Source: Actinomycetota bacterium
GTDB lineage: Bacteria; Actinomycetota; Acidimicrobiia; Acidimicrobiales; CADCSY01
Direction of reading: 5' to 3'
DNA: 49,611 nucleotides
NCBI GenBank assembly: GCA_019348555.1
Contig: JAHWJH010000002.1
Location: 1-49,611, forward strand
A program made the position numbers and the translations under genes. Each line of letters opens with the position of its first letter. Positions within the stretch are counted from its first letter, which is position 1. Shown in pieces: positions 18,258-26,938 of the stretch. Below the pieces are notes generated by a model. The model searched no databases. It was not told the DNA's origin and saw nothing but the letters and a program-made list of their open reading frames with translations.

Positions 18258-19796
18258 ATGGAGCAGGCAGGCCGGCGACGCCTCGGGGGGCTGGTCGTCG
18301 TGGCGGTGTTCGTGGCCTCGCGGCTGGCGTTGGCGCTCGCCGGGGTGGAGTTCGACGTGCGACCGGTCCAGGACTCCTTCGCCCTGGTCGACGTCGAGCT
18401 GCTGCGCCAGGACCTGTTCTCCACCATCGTGCAGCTCCACACCCAGCCGCCGCTGTTCAACCTGGCCGTGGGCCTCGCCCTGCAACTCGGCCCCGACGCC
18501 GCCACCGACGTGTTCCACCTGGCTTTCCTCGGCCTCGGCCTGACGCTCGCCCTCGGCACCTATGTGGCGCTCGAGCGCCTCGGCGCCAGCGTCGCCGTGG
18601 CCACCGTCGGCGCGTCGGTGTTGGCGTGCAGCCCGTCGATCTTCCTCTACGAGTCGTGGTTCCACTACGACTACCCCGTCGCCGTCCTGTTGGTCCTGGC
18701 GGTGCTCGCCCTGCAGCGCTTCGCCGCCGACCGGCGGGCCCTCGACGGCGGGCTGTTCCTCGCCCTGGTGGCCGCCGTGGCTCTCACCCGCAGCATGTTC
18801 CACCTGGCGTGGGTCGTGGTGTGGGCGGTGGTCGTGGTGGTCGCTTCTCGCCGACAGCCCCGGCCCCGGCGCATGGCGGTGTTGGCCGTCGCCGTGGCGT
18901 CGGTGCTGGCCGTCGCCGGCGCCTACGCCAACTCGCTGCGCATCTCGGGGGAGTTCGCGTCGAGCACCACGCTCGGCATCAGCGTGGCCAAGATCACCAC
19001 CTTTCAGCTCGACGACGACGAGCGGCGGCGCCTGGTCGACGACGAGGTCCTGTCGCCCTACGCCCTCGTCTATCCGGCAAGCCCCCTGGCGCAGTACCGC
19101 CACCTGCTCGAACCGCACGCTCCGACGGGGCAAGCCGTGCTCGACGCCCCCGCCAAGGGCAGCGCCGAGGCGACCACCGCCGCTCGGTCCAACTTCAACA
19201 ACCTCGACTACGTCGAGGTATCCGACCGGTACATGGCCGATGCCGTACGCACCGTACGGGCCCGGCCCGACGCCTACGTCCGCGGTGTCGTGACCGCCGT
19301 GCGTACGTTCTTCCGGCCTCCGAGCGCCTTCTTCGGGCTCGCGGCCAACCGGGCGCGCGTCGAGCCCGTCGACCGCGCCTACAACCTTGCGCTGGGAGAC
19401 CTCACCGCCACCGGTTCCGTCCCGTCGCCCCGGACCCCGGGGGCCGCCGATCGCTTCGCCCCACCACCGGGAGGCCCGACGTGGCTGGTGGTCGCCGCCT
19501 ACGTCGTGGCGCTCGCCGGCGGGGCGGTGACGGTGGCCGCCCGCCTGCGGCGCCGCCAGCCGGTGCTGGTGCTGGCCTTCCTGTGGTCGACGGTGGCCTA
19601 CGTGGCGGTGGTCGGCAACCTGCTCGAGGTCGGCGAGAACAACCGCTTCCGGCTCTACTCCGACCCGCTGGCGCTGGTGTTGGTCGTGGCGCTGGGGCTG
19701 GCGCTCTGGCGGCAGCCGGCGAGCAGGCGTTCCAGCTCCCGGCGGCGGACCTGGGCCTTCTGGAAGGCCAGCACCCCGAAGCCCAGCGAGATGTAA
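18258..19796 (+). CDS. Polytopic membrane protein, GT-C-like, with a large central extracytoplasmic loop
   Basis: 512 aa. The ATG lies 8 nt after GGGAGG and the gene is divergent from rmlC. Multiple hydrophobic helices. The last 30 aa or so (RQPASRRSSSRRRTWAFWKASTPKPSEM) look like non-native read-through. Confidence 0.55.
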   Translation: MEQAGRRRLGGLVVVAVFVASRLALALAGVEFDVRPVQDSFALVDVELLRQDLFSTIVQLHTQPPLFNLAVGLALQLGPDAATDVFHLAFLGLGLTLALGTYVALERLGASVAVATVGASVLACSPSIFLYESWFHYDYPVAVLLVLAVLALQRFAADRRALDGGLFLALVAAVALTRSMFHLAWVVVWAVVVVVASRRQPRPRRMAVLAVAVASVLAVAGAYANSLRISGEFASSTTLGISVAKITTFQLDDDERRRLVDDEVLSPYALVYPASPLAQYRHLLEPHAPTGQAVLDAPAKGSAEATTAARSNFNNLDYVEVSDRYMADAVRTVRARPDAYVRGVVTAVRTFFRPPSAFFGLAANRARVEPVDRAYNLALGDLTATGSVPSPRTPGAADRFAPPPGGPTWLVVAAYVVALAGGAVTVAARLRRRQPVLVLAFLWSTVAYVAVVGNLLEVGENNRFRLYSDPLALVLVVALGLALWRQPASRRSSSRRRTWAFWKASTPKPSEM

Positions 19797-19895
19797 GCGG
19801 CGTCCTCGACGAGCTTCGGAAGCTCCATCTTCGGACCCTAACCTCCTGGAGGCCGGCGTGAGCGACCGGCAGGGGACGGCTACCCTCGCCCTACC

Positions 19896-22800
19896 GTGGC
19901 CTTGCAGCACCAGCGGCGGTCGGCCGACGAGCACGAGCTCGTTCCCCGGGCCACCGACGACGTCGAGGGCGACGCGCTCGACCCCTCCCACGCCCCTCCC
20001 GTGGTGGCGGTGGTCGTCACCCACGACGCCGGACCGTGGCTCGAGCAGTGCCTCGCCTCGCTCGGCGCCCAGGACTACCCCAACCTGGCCGTGCTGGTCA
20101 TCGACGCCGCCAGCTCGATCGACCCCGTGCCCCGGGTGGCGGCGGTCCTTCCCGACGCCTACGTGCGCCGCATGGAGGACAACCCCGGCTTCGGGGCCGC
20201 CGCCAACGAGGTCCTCACCGCGGTGGAGGGCGCCTCGTTCTACCTCTTCTGCCACGACGACGTGCTCCTCGACCCCAGCGCCGTGCGGGCGCTGGTGGAG
20301 GAGGCCTACCGCTCCAACGCCGGGGTCGCCGGCCCCAAGCTGGTGTGTTGGGGCCGGCCCGAGGCGCTCCTGCAGGTGGGGCTGTCGGCGGACAAGACGG
20401 GGGTGATGACGCCCCTCGTGGAGCGGGGTGAGCTCGACCAGGAACAGCACGACCGGGTGCGGGACGTGTTCGCCGTCCCCGGGGCGTGCACCCTGGTGCG
20501 GGCCGACCTGTTCGCGACCATCGGGGGGTTCGACCCGGCCATCACCTTCCTCGGTGACGACCTCGACCTGTGCTGGCGGGCCCAGGTCGCCGGCTCACGA
20601 GTGGTGGTCGTCCCCGCCGCGCGCGTCCAGCACCGTGAGGAGCTGAGCGCTCGCCGGGCGGTCGACGACCGTCGCCGGTTGTTCGCCCGTCACCGCCTGC
20701 GCACCATGCTCACCTGCTACGGCGGGTTCCATCTGCTGCGGGTGGTGCCCCAGGCCCTGGTCCTCACCCTGGTCGAAGCCGCTTACGCCCTGGCCGCCGG
20801 CCAGGTGAGCCAGGCGGTCGACGTGCTGGGCGCCTGGTCGTGGAACCTCCGGCGGTGGGGCGACCTGCGCCGGCGCCGGCGCCAGCTCCGGGCCGTGCGA
20901 GGGCTGCGCGACGCCGAGGTCCGCCGTCTCCAGGGTCAGGGCAGCGCCCGGATCACCGCCTACCTGCGGGGCGAGCTGGGCAGGGGCGACCGGGTCCGCC
21001 AGTCGCTGGCCGACGCCGGGCGGGGCATCAGCGGGTCGCTGCGCGCCGGTCCCCGTCGACTGGCGGTGGTGACCTGCGTGCTGGTGGCCGTGGTGGTGCT
21101 GCTGGGCAGCCGTGAGCTCATCGGCGAGCGCCTCCCGTCCTTCGCCAGCGTGATCCCGTTCGACTCGGGACCCGTGACGCTGCTCCGCAGCTATCTCAGT
21201 GGGTGGAGCCGGGCAGGGCTGGGCTCGGAGGCCCCGGCCCCCACGGCCCTGGCCCTGATCGGCGTGGCCGGCATGGCCTTCCTGGGCGCCATGGGCGTCC
21301 TCCAGCAGGTCCTGGTGCTGGGGGCGCTGCCCGTCGGCCTTCTGGGCGTCTGGCGGCTGACCCGCGGCCTCGGCTCGCCGCGCGCCCGAGCCGTCGGCCT
21401 GGTGGTCTATGCCGTGGTGCCCCTGCCTTATGACGCCCTGTACCGGGGGCGCTGGGACGGTCTGGTGCTGTACGCGGCGGCACCGTGGATCCTCCGCCGC
21501 CTGCTCGCCGCCACCGGCGATGAGCCCTTCGGCTCGCCCGACGACTCTGGGTCGTCCGTCGGCTGGCGCAGCGTGGTCCCCCTCGGGCTGCTCGTCGCCC
21601 TGGTGGCGGCATTCGTGCCCCTGGTCGTCGTCCTCGTTCCGGTCGTGGCCCTGGCCATGGTGGTGGCGTCGCTGCTGGCCGGCGGGGCACGGCAGAGCCT
21701 GCGGGCGCTGGCCGTCGCCGCCGGGGCGTCGGTGGTGGCGATCGTCTTGCACCTGCCGTGGAGCCTCGAGTTCCTGCCCACCTCGGGGGGGTGGTCGGCC
21801 ATGGCCGGCATCTCGCCGCTGGGCACCGATGACTTGGGCGTCGGCCAGCTGCTGCGGCTCGAGACGGGCGTCGTCGGGCTGTCCGCCCTCGGCTGGGCGG
21901 TGCCGCTGGCGGCCAGCCTCGCCCTGGTGATCGGCCGCGGCTGGCGCTTCGCCTGGGCCGCCCGGCTGTGGCTGGTGGCCCTGGTGTGCTGGGCCCTGGC
22001 GTGGGCCGGCGGTCGGGGGCTGACGGGGCTGCCGCTGCCGCCGGCCGAGGTGATCTTGACCCCCGCTGCTGCCGCCCTGGCCCTGGCCGGCGCCTTGGGC
22101 ATGGTCTCGTTCGAGCGCGACCTGCTCGGCTATCGCTTCGGGTTCCGCCAGGTGGCCTCGCTGATCGCCGCCTGCGGGGTGGTCCTCGCCGTGGTGCCGG
22201 TGGCGGTGGCCTCCCTGGACGGCGACTGGGACACCCCCGACAACGACTTCAGCCGCACGCTCGCGTTCATGGATACCGAGGAGTCGCGGGCCGACGGGGC
22301 ATTCCGGGTGCTGTGGCTGGGCAACCCCGAGGTGCTGCCGGTCGCCGGCCACCGGCTGGGCCGCGATCTGGCCTACGGCCTGGCCCACAACGGAGCGGTC
22401 GAGCTCCGCGAGCGCTGGGCCACCTCGGCGGGCCCGGCCACCGGGCTGGTGGCGGGTGCGCTGCGCCTGGCCGCCGCCGGCGACACCCAGCGCCTGGGCC
22501 GCCTGCTCGGCCCCCTCGGCATCCGCTACGTCGTGGTCGCCGAGCAGGCGGCTCCCGCCCGCACCGGTGCCCAGGCCCGTCCGGTGCCCGGCGCCGTGCA
22601 GGCGACGCTCGCCCAGCAGCTCGACCTGCGCAGCATCGACGTCGACCCGGCGCTGACCATCTACGAGAACGCCGCGTGGGTGCCGGCGCGAGCGGTGCTG
22701 TCGACCGCCGCCGCCGGCCCCGGCGACAGCCTGGGGCCCGACGCCGTGAGCGAGGCGCTCGCCCGCCCCTCTCCGTTCGAGGCCACCGTGGGCCTCGACC

Positions 22801-23135
22801 TGTCGGCGTCGGCGCCGGCGCTCGGCGAGGTCCGGGGCCCGCTGCGCTTCAGCGGGCCCGTCGCCGGCGGGCCGGTGTACCTCGCCGAGGCCTTCTCGCC
22901 TCGCTGGGAGTTGAGCGCCGCCGGGGAGGTGGCCGAGCGCCAGCGCGGCTTCGGGTGGGCCAACGCCTTCACCATCGACGCCGCCACCACCGCCGGCGCC
23001 GAAGGTGCGCTCGACGCCCAGCTGCGCTATCGGACGTCACCCCTTCGGTGGCTGGCGGTCGCCGGCCAGACGGTGCTGTGGGTGGCGGTCGTCGGGCTCG
23101 CCGCTCGAGGCTGGCGGGACCGCCGGCGGGCATGA
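19896..23135 (+). CDS. Large fusion protein: N-terminal GT2 glycosyltransferase, polytopic membrane domain and C-terminal extracytoplasmic domain
   Basis: 1079 aa. VVAVVVTHDAGPWL, NPGFGAAANE, FCHDDVLLD and DDLDLCWR resemble rhamnosyl/galactofuranosyl-type GT2 enzymes. At least 10 helices follow, then a C-terminal domain (LGIRYVVV...) and a final transmembrane segment. The GTG start is uncertain because no Shine-Dalgarno sequence precedes it. Confidence 0.75.
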   Translation: MALQHQRRSADEHELVPRATDDVEGDALDPSHAPPVVAVVVTHDAGPWLEQCLASLGAQDYPNLAVLVIDAASSIDPVPRVAAVLPDAYVRRMEDNPGFGAAANEVLTAVEGASFYLFCHDDVLLDPSAVRALVEEAYRSNAGVAGPKLVCWGRPEALLQVGLSADKTGVMTPLVERGELDQEQHDRVRDVFAVPGACTLVRADLFATIGGFDPAITFLGDDLDLCWRAQVAGSRVVVVPAARVQHREELSARRAVDDRRRLFARHRLRTMLTCYGGFHLLRVVPQALVLTLVEAAYALAAGQVSQAVDVLGAWSWNLRRWGDLRRRRRQLRAVRGLRDAEVRRLQGQGSARITAYLRGELGRGDRVRQSLADAGRGISGSLRAGPRRLAVVTCVLVAVVVLLGSRELIGERLPSFASVIPFDSGPVTLLRSYLSGWSRAGLGSEAPAPTALALIGVAGMAFLGAMGVLQQVLVLGALPVGLLGVWRLTRGLGSPRARAVGLVVYAVVPLPYDALYRGRWDGLVLYAAAPWILRRLLAATGDEPFGSPDDSGSSVGWRSVVPLGLLVALVAAFVPLVVVLVPVVALAMVVASLLAGGARQSLRALAVAAGASVVAIVLHLPWSLEFLPTSGGWSAMAGISPLGTDDLGVGQLLRLETGVVGLSALGWAVPLAASLALVIGRGWRFAWAARLWLVALVCWALAWAGGRGLTGLPLPPAEVILTPAAAALALAGALGMVSFERDLLGYRFGFRQVASLIAACGVVLAVVPVAVASLDGDWDTPDNDFSRTLAFMDTEESRADGAFRVLWLGNPEVLPVAGHRLGRDLAYGLAHNGAVELRERWATSAGPATGLVAGALRLAAAGDTQRLGRLLGPLGIRYVVVAEQAAPARTGAQARPVPGAVQATLAQQLDLRSIDVDPALTIYENAAWVPARAVLSTAAAGPGDSLGPDAVSEALARPSPFEATVGLDLSASAPALGEVRGPLRFSGPVAGGPVYLAEAFSPRWELSAAGEVAERQRGFGWANAFTIDAATTAGAEGALDAQLRYRTSPLRWLAVAGQTVLWVAVVGLAARGWRDRRRA

Positions 23136-24559
23136 GACCGCGTCGGACCCCGATCCTCGTCCTGCTCGTGTGCAGCCTGGTCGTCCTGGCCCTGGTCGAG
23201 GTCGACGACCGCGCGCCGGCACCGCTGGGAGGTGAGGCCGGGGAGTTCGCCATGCCCACCGTGGAGGGCAGCTCGGCGCTGTCGTCGGCGTGGTTCTGCG
23301 CCGCCAGTGCGACGCGAGGCGATGGCCGGGCCGACCTGTCGGTCACCGTGGCCAACGGCGGGGCGGAGCCTCGCACCGGCACGGTCACCTGGGTGCCCAA
23401 CGTCGGCGATCCCGTCACCCGGACGCTCGATGTCGGCCCCTTCCGGGGCGTGCGCCTGGAGGCGGTCGACGCCGTCAACGCCGCCGGGGCGTCGGCCATC
23501 GTCGAGCTCGACGGTGGCGGGGTGAGCGTGGAGCACGCGGTCGAGAGCCCGAGGGGTACGGGCCTGGCGCCGTGCGCCCCGGCTGCGTCGGACCGGTGGT
23601 TCCTGGCCAATGGCACGACGGCTCGTGACGCCACCCAGGTGCTGGTGCTGTTCAACCCCTTTCCGGACGACGCCATCGTCGACGTCAGCTTCGCCACCGA
23701 CCAGGGCCGTGACGCTCCCGACGACCTCCAGGGGCTGCCGATCCGGGCCCGGTCGACCACGCGGATCAACCTCACCGAGGCGGTGCGTCGACGGGAGGTC
23801 ACGGCGACGACGGTGGCCGCTCGCCGGGGAAGGTTGGTGGTCGACCGCCTGCAGTGGTTCGACGGAAGCGCGGGAAGGACGGGCTTGACGCTGACCCTGG
23901 CGGCGCCCGCGCCGGCGGAAGTGTGGAGCTTCCCGGGCGGGCTGTTCGAGAAGGGTCTGACGGAGCGTTGGCGTCTCTACAACCCCGGCGACCGTGACGC
24001 CGTGGTGATCATCGAGGTGGTCCCCGACAGCGGCGAGGTGCCCATCCCCGTCGAGCGAACGGTCCCTGCCCGCTCGCAGGTGGCGGTCGACGCCGCCGAG
24101 AGCGAGTCGATCCCCCCGGGCACGGGCCACTCGTCCACCGTGCGGTCGGTGAACGGGGTGGCGGTCGTGGCCGAGCGGGAGCTGGTGGCGGCGCCGCCGT
24201 CGGGCCGCCGGGGGTGGTCGTCGGTCCTCGGATCGCCTCTTGCCTCCCGGAGGTGGGTGCTCGCCACCGGCCCCGACGCCGGCAACGTCGACGAGCAACT
24301 GGTCGTGCACAACCCGGGCGCCGAGCCGGTGCGGTTCTCGGTGTCGGCCCTGGCGACGGGCTCGGCCGTCGCCGTTCCCACGCTCCAGCAGGTCGAGCTC
24401 GGCCCCGCCCAGCGCCGGGTGATCGACGTGGCCGACGTGCTGGAGCGCTCACCGCTGCCGCTGGTGGTGGAGGCCGACGGGCCCGTGGTCGTCGAGCGCG
24501 ACCTCTCGCCCGCCGTCGACCCCGGCATCGCCGCCATGATGGGCGTCCCCGAGCTCTGA
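23132..24559 (+). CDS. DUF5719-like secreted or membrane-anchored beta-rich protein
   Basis: Last 475 codons of track ORF 21968..24559. The ATG at 23132 overlaps the upstream stop (ATGA). It has an N-terminal transmembrane anchor (ILVLLVCSLVVLALV) followed by repeated beta-rich modules. As I recall, pairing with a large GT2 fusion is typical of DUF5719 in Actinobacteria. Confidence 0.6.
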   Translation: MRPRRTPILVLLVCSLVVLALVEVDDRAPAPLGGEAGEFAMPTVEGSSALSSAWFCAASATRGDGRADLSVTVANGGAEPRTGTVTWVPNVGDPVTRTLDVGPFRGVRLEAVDAVNAAGASAIVELDGGGVSVEHAVESPRGTGLAPCAPAASDRWFLANGTTARDATQVLVLFNPFPDDAIVDVSFATDQGRDAPDDLQGLPIRARSTTRINLTEAVRRREVTATTVAARRGRLVVDRLQWFDGSAGRTGLTLTLAAPAPAEVWSFPGGLFEKGLTERWRLYNPGDRDAVVIIEVVPDSGEVPIPVERTVPARSQVAVDAAESESIPPGTGHSSTVRSVNGVAVVAERELVAAPPSGRRGWSSVLGSPLASRRWVLATGPDAGNVDEQLVVHNPGAEPVRFSVSALATGSAVAVPTLQQVELGPAQRRVIDVADVLERSPLPLVVEADGPVVVERDLSPAVDPGIAAMMGVPEL

Positions 24560-24570
24560 CCTCCCGTTCC

Positions 24571-24611
24571 GGCCGGCGAAACGTCGCGCTTTCCGCCGCG
24601 TTCTGCCGGCC
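24571..24611. terminator. Possible bidirectional hairpin between convergent genes
   Basis: GGCCGGCGAAACG (24571-24583) pairs with CGTTCTGCCGGCC (24599-24611): 11 Watson-Crick pairs, 1 G-U and 1 mismatch, with a 15-nt loop. There is no U-tract on either strand. Confidence 0.35.
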
Positions 24612-24633
24612 AAAAGCGTGGGAGGTGAGACGG

Positions 24634-25077
24634 TCAGCGCCTCCGCCTGAGGGCGTCGACGGCGGCCACCGCCGCCACGGCCAGGGCGACCGCCGAGGTC
24701 ACCAGGGCCAGGTTGGCGGCGTAGTGGTGGGGCAGGGCCGTCGGGTTGTCGGGGAGGCGACCGAAGCCACGGACCATCGGGTAGGCGAACAGCGCCAGCG
24801 GGGCGGTGGCGACCAGGGCGGCCTGCACCCAACGCCGCCCCCGGGCGGGCACGACTCTGGCCACCACCCAGGTGCCCAGAAGCGCCAGGGGCACCACGAC
24901 GAGGTCGTGGACCAGGATGCCGCCGACGACGAGGCGCACCAGGTCGGCGGGGCGGGTGTCGACGTGCTGACCGACCGCACCCCACACGCCCCAGGCGATC
25001 ACCGCCCAACCGGCCGCGGCGCTTCCCCAGAACACCGCGCCGCGGCACGGGGAGCAGCTCGGCGGCCCGCCGGTCAC
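24634..25077 (-). CDS. Small integral membrane protein (about 4 helices), function unknown
   Basis: The GTG at 25077 overlaps the stop of the upstream molybdoenzyme gene (GTGA). 147 aa, hydrophobic (AAGWAVIAWGVWGAV, LVVVPLALLGTWVVA, LALVTSAVALAVAAVAAV). Confidence 0.55.
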   Translation of the reverse strand: MTGGPPSCSPCRGAVFWGSAAAGWAVIAWGVWGAVGQHVDTRPADLVRLVVGGILVHDLVVVPLALLGTWVVARVVPARGRRWVQAALVATAPLALFAYPMVRGFGRLPDNPTALPHHYAANLALVTSAVALAVAAVAAVDALRRRR

Positions 25078-26297
25078 TCGACCACCAGGCGGGTGACCCA
25101 CTTCGTCTGGTTGACTCCCGGCCGGTCCGGGCCGATCAGGCGCAGTGGGAAACCGTGGTCGAGGCTGAGGACGTCCCCGTCGAGGTGGGTGGCCAGGAGG
25201 GTGTCACGGTCCTGGGCCTGAGCCCGGTTGACGAACGACGTCCGGAAGGCGCCCTCCTGCTCCAGCGACTCGACCCGCACCTCGGCCCCCTCCGGCGCTC
25301 CGGCCAGCACCAGCAGGTCGCGCAGGCGCACACCGCTCCAGGGGGCGGAGTAGCTCCACCCCTCCACGCAGGCGATGGGGAGTCGGGCCTCGTGGCTGGG
25401 CAGGTCGACCAGCTCGTCGAGGGTGAGGCGCAGCGGGCGCTCCACCCGGCCCTCGACCGAGAACACGTAGCCGGCGGCCACATCGCCTGCCTGCACCCCG
25501 GCCATCGCCGCCGTGCGGTTGACGGGTCGGTCCCTCGGGTCGCGCGGGGCGAGCAGGGCGAGGGGGCTGAGGGCGGGCACCGTCTGGCCCACGGTGACCG
25601 CGGTGAGGGCGCCGGTGGCGGCTCCGACGGTGAGGAGGAAGCCACGCCGGCTCAGCCCGTCGTGGACGCCTTCCGCCGCCGTGCCCAGCGCCGGGTCGGC
25701 CTCGGCGAGGGCCGGCCGTGGGCGCTCTCGCGGTGGTGACGCGCCCGCTCGGCCCCACCCGCCCAGTGCCCGCCGGCTGGTCGTCCACCTGGCCCCGACG
25801 TGGGACACGAGCGCCCCGATGGTGACCCACGCCATCCAGAAGTGGGCCGCCCGGAACGAGAACGGCCACGGGTACCACAGGGCGATGTTGGCGACGCCGC
25901 TGAAGACCATGAAGATCCCCCCGCCGACCAGCACGAGGATCCCGAGGCGCTCGACCACGTCGCTGACGTGGCGGAACGGCGGGAAGCTGAGCAGGCGGGG
26001 CCAGACGACCCAGAGCTTGGCCAGGAGCACGGGAAGCGAGGCGATGCCGCTGGCCACGTGCAGGCCCTGGGTGATCCGGTACAGGCCGGCCGGCCTGGCC
26101 GGTACCGGCAGCCAGGTCACCGGGTTCTGGTGGAGGTGCGAGAACAGGCCGGTGAGGAAGCAGGCACCGAACAGCACCCCGACGCCGGCTCCCAGCCAGG
26201 CAGCCAGGCGCTCGTCGCGCAGGGGACTGCGGTAGCGGCCCTGGCGCAACGGCCGGTCGGGATCGGTCAGCAGGGAACGGGCCGGCACCTTCGTCAC
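25074..26297 (-). CDS. Molybdopterin-dependent oxidoreductase (sulfite-oxidase/MsrP fold) fused to an N-terminal His-containing membrane domain
   Basis: The GTG at 26297 overlaps the upstream stop (GTGA). The N-terminal 200 aa hold about 5 helices with conserved His residues (FSHLHQNP, GLHVASG, AAHFWMAWV, VSHVG). An internal Tat-like SRRGFLLTVGAATGAL follows. The Moco domain motifs are ACVEGWSYSAPWSGVRLRDLL and HGFPLRLIGP. Confidence 0.75.
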   Translation of the reverse strand: MTKVPARSLLTDPDRPLRQGRYRSPLRDERLAAWLGAGVGVLFGACFLTGLFSHLHQNPVTWLPVPARPAGLYRITQGLHVASGIASLPVLLAKLWVVWPRLLSFPPFRHVSDVVERLGILVLVGGGIFMVFSGVANIALWYPWPFSFRAAHFWMAWVTIGALVSHVGARWTTSRRALGGWGRAGASPPRERPRPALAEADPALGTAAEGVHDGLSRRGFLLTVGAATGALTAVTVGQTVPALSPLALLAPRDPRDRPVNRTAAMAGVQAGDVAAGYVFSVEGRVERPLRLTLDELVDLPSHEARLPIACVEGWSYSAPWSGVRLRDLLVLAGAPEGAEVRVESLEQEGAFRTSFVNRAQAQDRDTLLATHLDGDVLSLDHGFPLRLIGPDRPGVNQTKWVTRLVVE

Positions 26298-26938
26298 GGC
26301 TGCTGGTCCTCTCCGGTCGCCCCGGGGGTGACGAGATGGGCGAGCCATCGGTGCTCGCCGTCGTCGTGCTGCAAACGGGCGACGTGCAAGCCGGCGGCGG
26401 CCGCCACAGGAGCGACGGCGTCGGCGCCGACCACCGCCCAGAGGAACCACGACCCGTGCCCGCGCTCACGCTCGAGGCGCGCCCGGCAGCGGTGGGTGCG
26501 CTGGCCCGGGCCCTGCACCTCGGCCACGATCGTCCCGCCCGGGGCGGCCAGCGCTCGGCAGCGCCGAAGGAGGCGGACCGGGTCACCACCGATTCCCAGG
26601 TTGCCGTCGAGCAGCAGGACGCTGCGCCACCGACCCTGGGCGGGCAGGAGGTCGAACACCGAGCGCTGGAGGACCCGGGCACCTCGGCGCCGGGCCAGGC
26701 CGACGGCGCCCGGCGCGGGGTCCACGCCGAGAGCGGCGACCCCCAGCTGCGCCAGGGCCGCCACCATGCGGCCCGGCCCACAGCCGACGTCGAGCACCGG
26801 GCCGGCCAGGCCGACCAACAGGCGATGCTCGAGAGGACTGGGCTCACCGTGCCAGCGGGCGGCGTCGAGGGGAAGGCGGTGCCCGTCGTCGCTCCACAGG
26901 CTGACCCCCCGGCTCTCCTCGGCGGCGACCGTCGTCAT
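26294..26938 (-). CDS. Class I SAM-dependent methyltransferase
   Basis: The ATG at 26938 overlaps the upstream stop (ATGA). 214 aa; motif I is VLDVGCGPGRMVAAL. Confidence 0.75.
   Translation of the reverse strand: MTTVAAEESRGVSLWSDDGHRLPLDAARWHGEPSPLEHRLLVGLAGPVLDVGCGPGRMVAALAQLGVAALGVDPAPGAVGLARRRGARVLQRSVFDLLPAQGRWRSVLLLDGNLGIGGDPVRLLRRCRALAAPGGTIVAEVQGPGQRTHRCRARLERERGHGSWFLWAVVGADAVAPVAAAAGLHVARLQHDDGEHRWLAHLVTPGATGEDQQP

Noticed and set aside
19858-20406. ORF 19858..20406(+), whose GTG lies 5 nt after a GGAGG, considered as the real start of the large GT2 gene or as a programmed frameshift site.
   Set aside because: Its translation is S/T/P/R-rich junk and out of frame with the GT2 motifs, and no slippery sequence is evident. 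The GGAGG is part of a CCTCC-T-GGAGG near-palindrome that also serves the candidate minus-strand small ORF. The GT2 start remains uncertain.
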